64,000 nucleotides of DNA from Planctomycetota bacterium (GTDB lineage Bacteria; Planctomycetota; UBA8108; JACQVS01): positions 5,899 to 69,898 of the forward strand of contig JANQLS010000062.1 of the NCBI GenBank assembly GCA_028280485.1, given 5' to 3'. How positions within the stretch are numbered: the first letter of the stretch is position 1; each line of letters opens with the position of its first letter. The notes under the pieces are model-generated. The model had not been told where the DNA came from. It did not search any database and was given only the letters and a program-made list of their open reading frames with translations. Both the position numbers and the translations under genes were made by a program. Shown in pieces: positions 11,301 to 20,902 of the stretch.

Positions 11301-13064
11301 GCTCAGGCTCTTGTCAAGTACGGTGAAGATGCCACCGATCACAACTTACCTCTGATGCTCTGGTACGGAATTGAAAATCTAGTATCCAAAGATCCTCAGT
11401 GGGGCATGAGCATAGCTGCTGAATCCAATGTTCCGACCGTCTCCCGATTTACGGTAAGGCGATTAGCTGCTGAAGTACGCCATCTCGATCAAATCATTCA
11501 AGCGATCAATCGCACTCCGAGTGAATCCTTCCTCCATTTAATTTTGGATGAAACGATCGAAGCGCTCAAAGGGCACGCGACCTTGGGGATGCCGAAAAGC
11601 TGGGGACTCGCCTTCGATAAACTCATCGCTCTCAACGATGCCAAGATCGAGAGCAAGGCTGAAACCATCGCCGTCAAATTTGGCGATAAGAGAATCTTCC
11701 CCCTCCAGAGAAGAGTCTTGGGGGATTCCAGCCGACCGATCGACCGAAGAAGGCACGCATTAAAAGTGTTGCTTACGGGAGATGACCAAGAGAGTATTCC
11801 CATTTTTCATCGAGTTCTTGCGGAACCCGCCCTTCGATCTGAAATTCTTAAGGGATTGTCTAAATTCAATCACGCCCAAACTCCCGCTGCGATTCTTAAG
11901 GTTTACCCCGAACTAACAGTCAAAGAAAAACTGAGCGCCTTAAACACCTTAGCATCTCGAAAACCCTACGCAGAAAAGTTAGTTCAAGCCTTAGAAAAGG
12001 GAGACATCGCCCGGAAAGATTTAAGTGCCTTTATCGTACGTCAAATCGATCAGGTAGCCGACGATACTCTCCGTTCGCGCTTAGAGAAGGTCTGGGGTGC
12101 GATACGAAAAACTTCAGATGATAAGATTCGAGCGATCGCAAAGTACAAAGAGCTCTTCAATAAAAAGGCGTTGGCAGCTGCTGACCTTTCCAAGGGACGA
12201 GATGTCTTCAGTAAAACGTGCCAGAGTTGTCACCAACTCTTCGGGACGGGTGGGAAGATCGCTCCCGACCTCACGGGATCTAATCGAGGGAATCTCGATT
12301 ACATTTTAGAAAACTTGGTCGACCCGAATGCGGTCGTCGGGAAGGATTACCAACTCAATAATTTCATCACCAGGGATGGTCAGTTGATCTCGGGTTTAGT
12401 GGCGAGTGAATCCGACACCGCCTTGACGATTCAAACTCTCGATAAAGAAGTCGTCGTTGCTAAGAACAATCTTCTCCGCCAAACCCTTTCTCCGAATTCG
12501 ATGATGCCGGAAGGCCTCTTAGATGAACTCAAACCCGCCGATGCGGTGAATCTGATCGCGTACTTAGCGAGTCCCATTCAGGTTTTACAACGGGGGAGTG
12601 ATCTCAAGGTCGATCCGAAAACCCATAAGATTCCTGGCGTAATCGAGGGAGAATCACTCAAGATCAGTAAGCCGACGGGAGGCTCGGTCTCCATTCAAGG
12701 AATGAACAATTTCGGGGCTGGCAAATGGAGCGGCAACAAGCATGTTTGGTGGGTTCGAGGTAAACCGGGAAGCAAAATTCAATTTGAGTTCCCCGTCAAA
12801 AACGATGGCTTGTATCGAATCGAACTCGGTATGACGATGGCTGTAGATTACGGCGTATTCAAATTTAGAGTCGATGGTGAAGACATCGGGGGAGCCGTCG
12901 ATTTGTACGATAAAAACGTCATTCCCACCGGCCCCGTCGTCATCGGTGAGAAGAAACTCTCACCCGGCAAACACATCTTGGAAGTCGAGGTGGTCGGATC
13001 CAATCCGAAAGCCGTCAAAGCTCATATGTTCGGCTTGGATTACATTTATTTGAATCGGCAGTAG
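8382..13064 (+). CDS. Secreted 1560-aa multidomain protein. It joins an N-terminal FG-GAP/integrin-alpha-like beta-propeller, a PVC-type putative membrane-bound dehydrogenase domain (TIGR02604-like), HEAT repeats, a CxxCH heme-binding domain (TIGR02603-like) and a C-terminal beta-sandwich.
   Basis: Signal peptide [26 protein letters not shown]. Seven DxDGDGxxD-type repeats ([25 protein letters not shown], and others). Dehydrogenase motif [34 protein letters not shown]. Heme motif [21 protein letters not shown]. Confidence 0.8.
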   Translation: [1560 protein letters not shown]

Positions 13065-13086
13065 TAGGATTGAACTAAAAAATCCT

Positions 13087-13256
13087 TTAGTAAGCCCGAA
13101 GCTTTAGCGAGGGATCGGAACGCCAACCAAATAAAAAAGCGCCCTACCGTCCCAGGACTCGCGTGAGCGAATCCCCGAACAACCCACTTCGCCTAACAAC
13201 GTAATTAAAAAATCAGGTCTTAATTTCGCACTATCCCTCGCTAAAGCTTCGGGCTT
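13087..13256. repeat. Palindromic element copy 2 (subfamily A). Its arms are tttagtaagcccgaagctttagcgaggga / tccctcgctaaagcttcgggctt.
   Basis: The arms are a perfect 23-bp inverted repeat around a ~120-bp unique centre. It lies 3' of the 1560-aa gene. Confidence 0.8.
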
Positions 13257-13454
13257 CCCTGGCGTAATTTGCATTAAAGGTCTATAGAATTTGTTAGTTC
13301 GATGTTGAGCGTTGAGTCCTATTCTCCCTCCAGTCCATCCGATAAACCCCTGAATACCATAAATCAGCCTAGTCAGCTTCATTTCTTTACTCTATGGATC
13401 GATGTATCGATAGAACGGTCTCTATCTCCATTCCCTTAGATAAAGAAGTGATCC

Positions 13455-14666
13455 ATGCCTTCAAGTCCAAGCACTCAGAATCCGAATCCCGACCTCAGGT
13501 CTGAAGCGAGTGAACTCTTAGTTCGCCTCTGTCAGATGATTCGCGGCCCCCTAGTCCAGTTGTTAGAAAGTGAAGATGCGAAAGCGCAAATTCCCGGGAG
13601 CCCCTTAGCTCTGGCCCTACGCGAATCGAGCTACCTCGTCAAACTACTCGGGCCTCTTCAAGATCATTTTGAATTGATCACGGGTTCTTTTTCAGCCGAT
13701 CCTCAAGCGACTTCGATCGTTGAATTGATCAAAAACCTAGTCGAAGACTTTCGAACGGAAGCTGAAAAACGTCAACTTCACCTCGGCTTCTTATGTGATC
13801 TCAATCCCGATCATACAGTCGCCATCTTCGACAGTGGTCGACTCGCTCAAATCGTTTCGGCGTTCATTTCAGCCGCCATTCAAACGACGCGTCAAGGCGG
13901 AGTTCAAATCAAATTGAATCAATTGGAAGAACAATTTCAGATCGAAATTGAAGACACCGGAGAAGGCTGGCCCGTTACCTGGCACTCTTTTTTACAAGAA
14001 CGAGACACGGATTTTTCTGCGGAGAAATTGTTAGAAAGTGAATTGCCCACTTTAAACCTCCTCGTAGCTCAAGCTTTAGCTAAAGCCCTTCATATTGAGC
14101 TCGAATTAAAAACAGATCCTAAGTCGGGAACTTTGGTGAGACTCGTTCTACCCCAGTTAGAAAACGCTACCGATCTCACTTCTTTTGAAGACTCCGTGAT
14201 TGAAAATTCAAATGAACTCGAGCGAGAACCTCACTCTCAGAATTTCCGACCCGGTTTAGCGGCTCGAGTTCTCGTGGTCAATGACACCCGCGAGGATCTC
14301 GATTCCATCTACAAAGCCTTAAGTTCGACGGGCGCTCGAGTCAGCTTGGCGAATTCCGGCTTAAAAGCGATAGAAATCATCGAATCGAGCCAAAAAAATC
14401 AAGAGCCCATCGACGCCATCTTGCTCGACATCGTGATGGAAGGGATGGATGGGCGAGAAGTGACTCAAAAACTTCGGTCCGCCGGATATACTCTTCCGAT
14501 CATCGCGCTCACCGATTATGCTCTACGAGCTGAACGGGAAGCCTGCCTTGAGGCGGGCTGTGATGGCTTCATCACTAGGCCTTATGACTTAAGTAAAATG
14601 GTTTTGATGATCAAAGCGGCTTTAGCGAGACGCAGTTCAGAGTTAGCTCCCGTTCCTGGCACCTGA
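13455..14666 (+). CDS. Response regulator with a C-terminal CheY-like receiver domain and an N-terminal degenerate histidine-kinase-like ATPase domain
   Basis: Receiver motifs VLVVNDTREDL...ILLDIVMEGMDG...PIIALTDY...GCDGFITRPYD. The N-terminal half has a DTGEG G-box-like motif. Confidence 0.7.
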   Translation: MPSSPSTQNPNPDLRSEASELLVRLCQMIRGPLVQLLESEDAKAQIPGSPLALALRESSYLVKLLGPLQDHFELITGSFSADPQATSIVELIKNLVEDFRTEAEKRQLHLGFLCDLNPDHTVAIFDSGRLAQIVSAFISAAIQTTRQGGVQIKLNQLEEQFQIEIEDTGEGWPVTWHSFLQERDTDFSAEKLLESELPTLNLLVAQALAKALHIELELKTDPKSGTLVRLVLPQLENATDLTSFEDSVIENSNELEREPHSQNFRPGLAARVLVVNDTREDLDSIYKALSSTGARVSLANSGLKAIEIIESSQKNQEPIDAILLDIVMEGMDGREVTQKLRSAGYTLPIIALTDYALRAEREACLEAGCDGFITRPYDLSKMVLMIKAALARRSSELAPVPGT

Positions 14667-14712
14667 GCATCAAAGCTGACACTCTTTGAAAGTCCTTGGT
14701 TAAACCACAAAC

Positions 14713-15807
14713 ATGACTCGAAGAACTGAAGAACAAGCACGAGAACTTTTAGAAGAACTCACCCTCTGCCCGGGCATACCCGGTTTCGAAGGCCCCGTGA
14801 GATCTTTGGTCACAAAAACATTAGAGGGACTTTCGAACACCCAGGTCTCAAGAGATGGATTGGGAAGCTTATTGTTCGAAAAATCAGGAACGAGTTCCGG
14901 ACCTCGAATCGCCCTCGACGCTCACATGGACGAAGTGGGTTTTATGGTTCAGAGCATCAGTGAAAACGGAACCATCAAGTTCGTCACCCTCGGCGGCTGG
15001 TGGGGACATGTTCTCTTAGCTCAACGGGTCAACATTCTGACCGACAGCGGCACGATCCCTGGAGTCATCGGAAGTAAGCCCCCTCATTTCCTTTCAGCTT
15101 CCGAACGCAATAAGGTTCAAACCCCCGAGTCGATGTTTGTCGATATCGGAGCTTCCTCCCGAAAAGAAGCCGAGGAATGGGGAGTTCAAGTTGGGGATGG
15201 AATCGTTCCTCACTGTGAATTCATACCGCTTAAAAACGAGAAGATATTAAGTGCCAAGGCCTTCGATGATCGAGTCGGCGTCGGCCTTCTCTTAGAGACG
15301 ATGCTCGGCTTAGAAAATGTAGACCACCCCAATACCACAGTCGGAGTTGCTGCCGTACAGGAAGAAGTGGGTTGCCGAGGTGCCGTGACCTCATCTCATT
15401 TATCCAATCCTGATGTTGGAATTATTCTAGAAGGAACTCCGGCCGACGACACGCCCGGTTTTCCCGTTGATGGTCGCCAAGCGGTTTTCGGCAAAGGACC
15501 TCAGATTCGATTCTTTGATCCCACCGCAATCTCTAATCGTAAGTTGGTACGGAAGGTTCAGGAGGTCGCTGAAGCCAACGAAATCCCGATTCAAATTGCC
15601 GTACGAAGAACGGGAGGGACCGATGCGAAGTCGATCCACATTCACGGCAGGGGAGTTCCCACTGTCGTGATCGGTGTACCAGCACGATATATTCACACCC
15701 ACGTCAGCATGATCCACATGGATGACTACGAAGCAGCCAGGGAACTTTTAGTTGCCTTGGTGCAGTCATTAGACGAAGCGACGGTGAATGCGCTTCATGA
15801 GGATTGA
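14713..15807 (+). CDS. M42-family metallo-aminopeptidase (FrvX/CelM-like)
   Basis: 364 aa with DAHMDEVGFMV, AFDDRVGV and VQEEVGCRGA metal-binding motifs. Confidence 0.8.
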   Translation: MTRRTEEQARELLEELTLCPGIPGFEGPVRSLVTKTLEGLSNTQVSRDGLGSLLFEKSGTSSGPRIALDAHMDEVGFMVQSISENGTIKFVTLGGWWGHVLLAQRVNILTDSGTIPGVIGSKPPHFLSASERNKVQTPESMFVDIGASSRKEAEEWGVQVGDGIVPHCEFIPLKNEKILSAKAFDDRVGVGLLLETMLGLENVDHPNTTVGVAAVQEEVGCRGAVTSSHLSNPDVGIILEGTPADDTPGFPVDGRQAVFGKGPQIRFFDPTAISNRKLVRKVQEVAEANEIPIQIAVRRTGGTDAKSIHIHGRGVPTVVIGVPARYIHTHVSMIHMDDYEAARELLVALVQSLDEATVNALHED

Positions 15808-15832
15808 TGAGGCAGACAACGCCTAAAAATCA

Positions 15833-15988
15833 TTTAGTTAGCCCGAAGCGCTAGCGAGGGGTGAAAGAATAATTCTACTTTAAAGTTTACTAATGATGGT
15901 TTTGAGTCGTCTCCACGAAACGCAGGTTCAAGGGGAATGAATCTTAAATCAACGCTTTGTCCCCTCGCTAGCGCTTCGGGCTAGTTAA
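15833..15988. repeat. Palindromic element copy 3 (subfamily A). Its arms are tttagttagcccgaagcgctagcgagggg / cccctcgctagcgcttcgggctagttaa.
   Basis: Perfect 26-bp inverted repeat with a ~100-bp unique centre. It lies 3' of the M42 peptidase gene. Confidence 0.8.
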
Positions 15989-16126
15989 CACGATGGCTCA
16001 CCTCATAAAAATATCCCCTAAAGGCCATTTCGCAGACGGCGATTGTCCTTTAGGGGATTTTCTTTGGTGGATCTCTAGTAGAGGAAAATCCGTTCAGTGA
16101 TTAAGAGTTAATGCAAAGCTTAACTT

Positions 16127-18394
16127 TTACTTCTCTACATCTAAGCGGAAGACATCCCAACTTTCTCCAGAACGATTGGAGCAGAAGATGATGCCTTCAA
16201 AGTCGAGATCCAACCGACTCGAAGGTACAAATGTGGGGTCGAGATCGTCAGCGAAGGACTTGGTGAGGATCTCTTCTTCTTTCTTTTTGATATCGTAGAG
16301 GACGACATCGTATCCGGTATCACTACGGGCAATTTTTCGAGAAAACGCCAAATGATCTCCATGGGGACACCAGGCGAGACCGCGAATCTGATCGTCGGAA
16401 TCTAATGAAATCGGGAGTTGTTCAATTTCTTGGGTTGCGATGTTCATGATGAAGACCTTCGCTCCTCCCAGGCTGTTCGAAACGAACGCTACATGATCTC
16501 CCTTAGGTGATACTGCGGGATAGCTTCCGATGCGATGGGTTCTGAATTCCGTTCCATCGGTACGAACACTACAGATCAAGGCTTTTTGGCCCTGAGCTTC
16601 AAAGCCTAATCGAGCCTTGATCTTTTCGTTTTGTTCTGCCGAAGTGTATTGTGGTTCCCAACGTCGTTCGAAAAAGAGAGTTTGAGGGTCAGAATTCAAA
16701 CTGAAAGCCAAAGAGTTTACAGCGATGTTCATATTCGCGGGAAGCACGGATTCAAGCTTAGAACTCCAGAGAACATGTTTGTAGATGCTGCCACCAAATG
16801 CGCCCACAAATTGATCCCTCGTACAAGAGATGAAGAGTGTGGGATCTCCCTTACCAGCGGGGGCCCAAGCTAAATCGATATCGTGAGCTAAGAGCAATTT
16901 TTGGCTGTCTTCACGAAGTTTGGCATCCGGAAGAAGTTTAAACTCACCCTTGCCTGATGTTCCCGGTTCGACTTCTTTTCTGAAGAAACTTAGATTCCAG
17001 GCGACATTCGATTCAATGGAATCCTGCGGAAGTGAAGCTACCGCTAAATACTGACCATCATTGGAAAGAGCAAAACGGGCTTCGTTTTGTCCTTCACGGG
17101 CTAAGACCTTCGAGAGAGGATAAATTTCAGCGGGTTCTTCTAAAATTTCAAACTCGACGGCAGGGCTCCAGAATTGTTGATCTTCACTCTTCACGCGTAA
17201 GCGGTATTTATTTCCTCGCGTAAAAATACCAGTCGTCTCGGGAATGTATAAATTACCGACGACCAATTTATTCACGGGATTGATATTCTGACCGGATTCA
17301 TCAAAGGTGGAAATCTCAACAGTGAACGATGTGTTTGCGATATTTTCTTCCAGAGTGGCTTCTGTGAATTGCCACTTGATTCTAGGTCGCTCAGAAACCA
17401 AACGAGCACCTGAAGACGGGCTCATAATCGAAGGGACAGGGGGAGCGAAGCGGAAAGTTCTTTCCGTCATCTCGGACTGAACTTCCTCTCCGTTGTGACC
17501 GGTGATCTCAACTTTATAAACTCCCGGAGAAGGAAGAGGTTCTTCGAGGCGAAGAGAGGTTTGATCCACATCGGTTGTAAAAATACTTTTAACAGGCTCA
17601 CCCTCAGCCCCCGCAGTCTTCACGACAAATGTATATCGACTGGCTCCCGGTACTGGATCCCATTCAAATTGAGGACGAGGTTCCTTCAAGGGGCCGGTTT
17701 CTTCAGAAGGAGTGAGGACGATGGGGGTGGCCAAGATCAATGTATGTTCAGAGATCGACCAGTTTGAAACCAACCTCTCTTGACCTTCGGTTTCTTGACC
17801 TTCCGATCGAATACGAATGAAAAAAGTTTCACCCGCCTGGAAGGGGGGATCGAAGCTCTTCTCAAAAATCCCATCCGATTCATCGGCTGAAGTCAATTGA
17901 TGAGTGAGAACCACCGTATCGAAGGTCATCTTCGAAGAAAGTTCAAAGGTGTAACTTTCTGCACCGGGAACGGATTCCCATTTTAAATTGGCGCTCTCGC
18001 CGTAGACCCAAGATTCTTCGGCATCCCGAATCAACTCAGGAGCAGACAATCCCTCAAGAGTTGTTTCTTGCTGATTCGTATCGAGGACACCTTCAGGATT
18101 TCCTTGATTCTCAGGTTGAGTCGTCGTTGGCGCGCAACTTCCAAGAAAGAGTGCGATAACTAACATGAGCGTGAGAGCGAAGGTTTGCTCGCATCGTCGG
18201 GTGAGAGAGTGGAGGCAGTTCAGACTGCCACTAGCGCTAGTCAAAGCGGCTAAGATTTTGGAGTATCTCATTCTGTTTCTCTTCTTAAGTTCCCCAATCC
18301 AGTTTTGAATGGAGTGCTTGAAAGGGTAAGCTAAATCCTCTGAGGACTGTATATCGCATGATTTCAATAAATCAGTGCATACAGTGAACCGCAT
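16127..18394 (-). CDS. Secreted/lipoprotein-like protein with Ig/FN3-like repeats and a C-terminal TolB-like (PD40) beta-propeller
   Basis: C-terminal PD40-type repeats (YPAVSPKGDHVAFVSN, LAWCPHGDHLAFSRK, IIFCSNRSGESWDVFRL). Hydrophobic stretch LTLMLVIALFLGSC near the N-terminus. The true start is probably the internal Met at about 18271 (MRYSKIL...). Confidence 0.65.
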   Translation of the reverse strand: MRFTVCTDLLKSCDIQSSEDLAYPFKHSIQNWIGELKKRNRMRYSKILAALTSASGSLNCLHSLTRRCEQTFALTLMLVIALFLGSCAPTTTQPENQGNPEGVLDTNQQETTLEGLSAPELIRDAEESWVYGESANLKWESVPGAESYTFELSSKMTFDTVVLTHQLTSADESDGIFEKSFDPPFQAGETFFIRIRSEGQETEGQERLVSNWSISEHTLILATPIVLTPSEETGPLKEPRPQFEWDPVPGASRYTFVVKTAGAEGEPVKSIFTTDVDQTSLRLEEPLPSPGVYKVEITGHNGEEVQSEMTERTFRFAPPVPSIMSPSSGARLVSERPRIKWQFTEATLEENIANTSFTVEISTFDESGQNINPVNKLVVGNLYIPETTGIFTRGNKYRLRVKSEDQQFWSPAVEFEILEEPAEIYPLSKVLAREGQNEARFALSNDGQYLAVASLPQDSIESNVAWNLSFFRKEVEPGTSGKGEFKLLPDAKLREDSQKLLLAHDIDLAWAPAGKGDPTLFISCTRDQFVGAFGGSIYKHVLWSSKLESVLPANMNIAVNSLAFSLNSDPQTLFFERRWEPQYTSAEQNEKIKARLGFEAQGQKALICSVRTDGTEFRTHRIGSYPAVSPKGDHVAFVSNSLGGAKVFIMNIATQEIEQLPISLDSDDQIRGLAWCPHGDHLAFSRKIARSDTGYDVVLYDIKKKEEEILTKSFADDLDPTFVPSSRLDLDFEGIIFCSNRSGESWDVFRLDVEK

Positions 18395-18927
18395 TCTATT
18401 TCCCTAAGAACGCATTTCATTCATTCTCATCTAATTGTCATCTATTAGAAAACGACTTTAATCTTTAGCTACCGGTCTTCACTCCTGCCAAGATTCCCAA
18501 TTGTGATCTCTCTTATTCTCGCACACCTCTTCCTCTCTTAAAGATCCACTCTCCCGAAGTGTCTCTCTCCTGAAGAAAGAGAAGAAAACGAGCTTTATGA
18601 ATAGAGACCATCATCTTGGGCTATATCATATACAAGGAAGGCGAGAGTCTCCACCCTTCAATCTCCTCAAATCTTACTAGGGTGAATTCTGATATAAGCC
18701 GGGATTCAAGGAATCCGGTCCGTAGCAATTTCGAGTGAATCTCCCAAAGCTTGGGATAAGAGCTGGTAATGCTTCTCGACCTTCTATATCTTAAGCTCGT
18801 AGGGAAAAAATAGACTTTTTTCACCGTGATCCGCTCCATATAAGACCCCGAACAGTTCCTGATTCGAATTCCACAGGGCTAAAATGGACCCACAAATGAA
18901 CTCATCTTCCTCGGGAGAGCTCAAGCG

Positions 18928-19803
18928 TTGATGATCACAACTGGTAAATTTCAGAGATGGAACAGAGAGACTTTGTTAAATAAACTATCGCTTCGTTGCT
19001 CGAATTCGTTACTTCATTCGAGGCCGATACCCTTCCTTCTCTTCTTGTTCATTCTTTTAGGCAGCCAATGGTCCTGCCAAAAGAATACTCCTCAAAACTC
19101 ATCGAAGGCCTCTCAGCCCCAAAATGGAACGGATCCTATGAGCGACAAACGAAAGCTGATGGTTCAACAACTTTCCGAGGGCGAAATTGATGATGCCCGA
19201 GTCTTAAAGGCGATGAGCCAAGTTCCCCGCCACGAATTTATCGAAGAGAAGTATCAAGATCGGGCCTACAACGTCAATACTCCGATTCCCATCGGAGACA
19301 ACCAAACAATTTCCGCTCCTGATATCGTTGCGATCATGACTCAAGCTCTCGAACTCGAACCTCATCACAAAGTACTCGAGATCGGTACCGGTTCGGGCTA
19401 TCAAGCGGCTGTTTTGGGGGAGTTGGTCAAGGAGATTTATTCGGTGGAGATTCGACCGACATTAGCCCGACAAGCTCGTAGCCTCTTAAACAAATTAAAA
19501 TCAGAGGGAAAGCTTCATTTTAATAAGATCGAAGTCATCGAAGGGGATGGGTACAAGGGCTTCCCTGACCAAGCTCCTTACGATGCCATCATCGTCACCG
19601 CAGCGCCCAAAAAGATTCCGGTTGAGCTTCAAAATCAGCTCAAAGTGGGGGGGCGCATGATCATCCCCGTCGGGGAATTCTACCAAGAACTTCAACTCCT
19701 CGAAAAAGTCGATGCCGGAAACGGGCAGACTACCTTTAAAGAAAAAATCATCCATGCCGTTCGCTTTGTGCCCATGATCCAGCAACCCCAATCGGATTCA
19801 TAA
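18928..19803 (+). CDS. pcm: protein-L-isoaspartate O-methyltransferase with N-terminal signal/lipobox-like extension
   Basis: VLKAMSQVPRHEFI...VLEIGTGSGYQAAVL...GDGYKGFPDQAPYDAIIVTAA. A hydrophobic leader ...LLFLFILLGSQWSC precedes the catalytic domain. Confidence 0.8.
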   Translation: MMITTGKFQRWNRETLLNKLSLRCSNSLLHSRPIPFLLFLFILLGSQWSCQKNTPQNSSKASQPQNGTDPMSDKRKLMVQQLSEGEIDDARVLKAMSQVPRHEFIEEKYQDRAYNVNTPIPIGDNQTISAPDIVAIMTQALELEPHHKVLEIGTGSGYQAAVLGELVKEIYSVEIRPTLARQARSLLNKLKSEGKLHFNKIEVIEGDGYKGFPDQAPYDAIIVTAAPKKIPVELQNQLKVGGRMIIPVGEFYQELQLLEKVDAGNGQTTFKEKIIHAVRFVPMIQQPQSDS

Positions 19804-19815
19804 GGATATTCTTGG

Positions 19816-20868
19816 ATGGCGCCTATCACCTTCGGGGGAAATGACTATCTCGATCTAGCCCGACATCCTAAAGTGCTCGAAGCTTCAATCGAAGCTCTGA
19901 GTCGTGAGGGATTATCGAGCTGCGCCTCTAGAGTATCGGTGGGAACCACTTCGGATCACGTCGAACTCGAAACTCAATTAGCTGAGTTTTTGGAAGTCGA
20001 AGAAGTTGTGGTGCTCTCTTCGGGATATCTGGCTGTACTCGCCGCTTTTGATGCCATCGATTTAGCTGAGGTTGAGTCCCCAACGGGCTATCTCCATTCT
20101 GATGCTCATCCCAGCTTACTGAAAGGGGTCAAAGCTCGTGGACTTCAGGCGGATCCATTCACCTCGAACACGATCCCCAAATCCCAGCAAAACACGGCAT
20201 TCTTCGCTAGCGATGCCTGTGATGGCTTCAATGGAGTGGTGCGTCCGATCCAAGAATTTACCTTCAGTTCCCCCTTAAGTGCGACCCCTCTTATCGTTGA
20301 TGATTGCCACGGCATCGGAGTCTTTGGACCCAAAGGAAGGGGCACTCTCGCTCATTTTGGCTTCGGAGATGAAAAGATCATCCAAATCGGCTCCTTTGGG
20401 AAAGCATTCGGCTCAGCGGGGGGCTTCGTCGCCGGTTCACATAATAAGATCTCTCAAATTCGATCGGGTCCCAATTACCAGGGGTCGACCGCCCTCTCTC
20501 CCGTTTTAGCGAGTGGCGCCCTGGCCGCGCTGAGAATTTTAGAAGAGGAACCCGAGCGAGCAGAGCAACTGATTCAAAAAGGAATAAAGCTTGAATCCAC
20601 GTTGATCGAAGAAGGACTTCCCGTCATCTCACCCGAAGCCAATGAATGCTCGTTTCCGGCGGTGATCACTCTCTCATTGCCCAATCCAGAAATAGCACAA
20701 GCCCTCGCGAGTGATCTTCAATCGCGAGAAATCGATATAGCCCACTTTACTTACGCCTCTAGTGCGAGTTCTTCGAAACTGCGCATTCCATTGTCGAGTC
20801 GACACACCGAAGATGACTTGGAACGCTTGTTGGAGGGTTTGGTGGCTTGTTACTCGCCGACATATTAG
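19816..20868 (+). CDS. Class-II aminotransferase of the alpha-oxoamine synthase family (BioF/KBL-like 8-amino-7-oxononanoate synthase)
   Basis: 350 aa. PLP-lysine motif GSFGKAFGSAGGFVAGS. The N-terminus FGGNDYLDLARHP is typical of BioF-like enzymes. Confidence 0.65.
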   Translation: MAPITFGGNDYLDLARHPKVLEASIEALSREGLSSCASRVSVGTTSDHVELETQLAEFLEVEEVVVLSSGYLAVLAAFDAIDLAEVESPTGYLHSDAHPSLLKGVKARGLQADPFTSNTIPKSQQNTAFFASDACDGFNGVVRPIQEFTFSSPLSATPLIVDDCHGIGVFGPKGRGTLAHFGFGDEKIIQIGSFGKAFGSAGGFVAGSHNKISQIRSGPNYQGSTALSPVLASGALAALRILEEEPERAEQLIQKGIKLESTLIEEGLPVISPEANECSFPAVITLSLPNPEIAQALASDLQSREIDIAHFTYASSASSSKLRIPLSSRHTEDDLERLLEGLVACYSPTY

Positions 20869-20902
20869 ATCTAAAATCTCGATTAGATTTGGAATACAAA
20901 TT

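Noticed and set aside
8470-12309. Numerous 60-176-aa ORFs on both strands inside the 1560-aa gene. There are similar ones inside hemA, hemC, hemE, hemL, the A2M gene, pbpC and others.
   Set aside because: They are fully embedded in long ORFs with strong domain signatures. They are typical antisense or off-frame artefacts in GC-moderate DNA.
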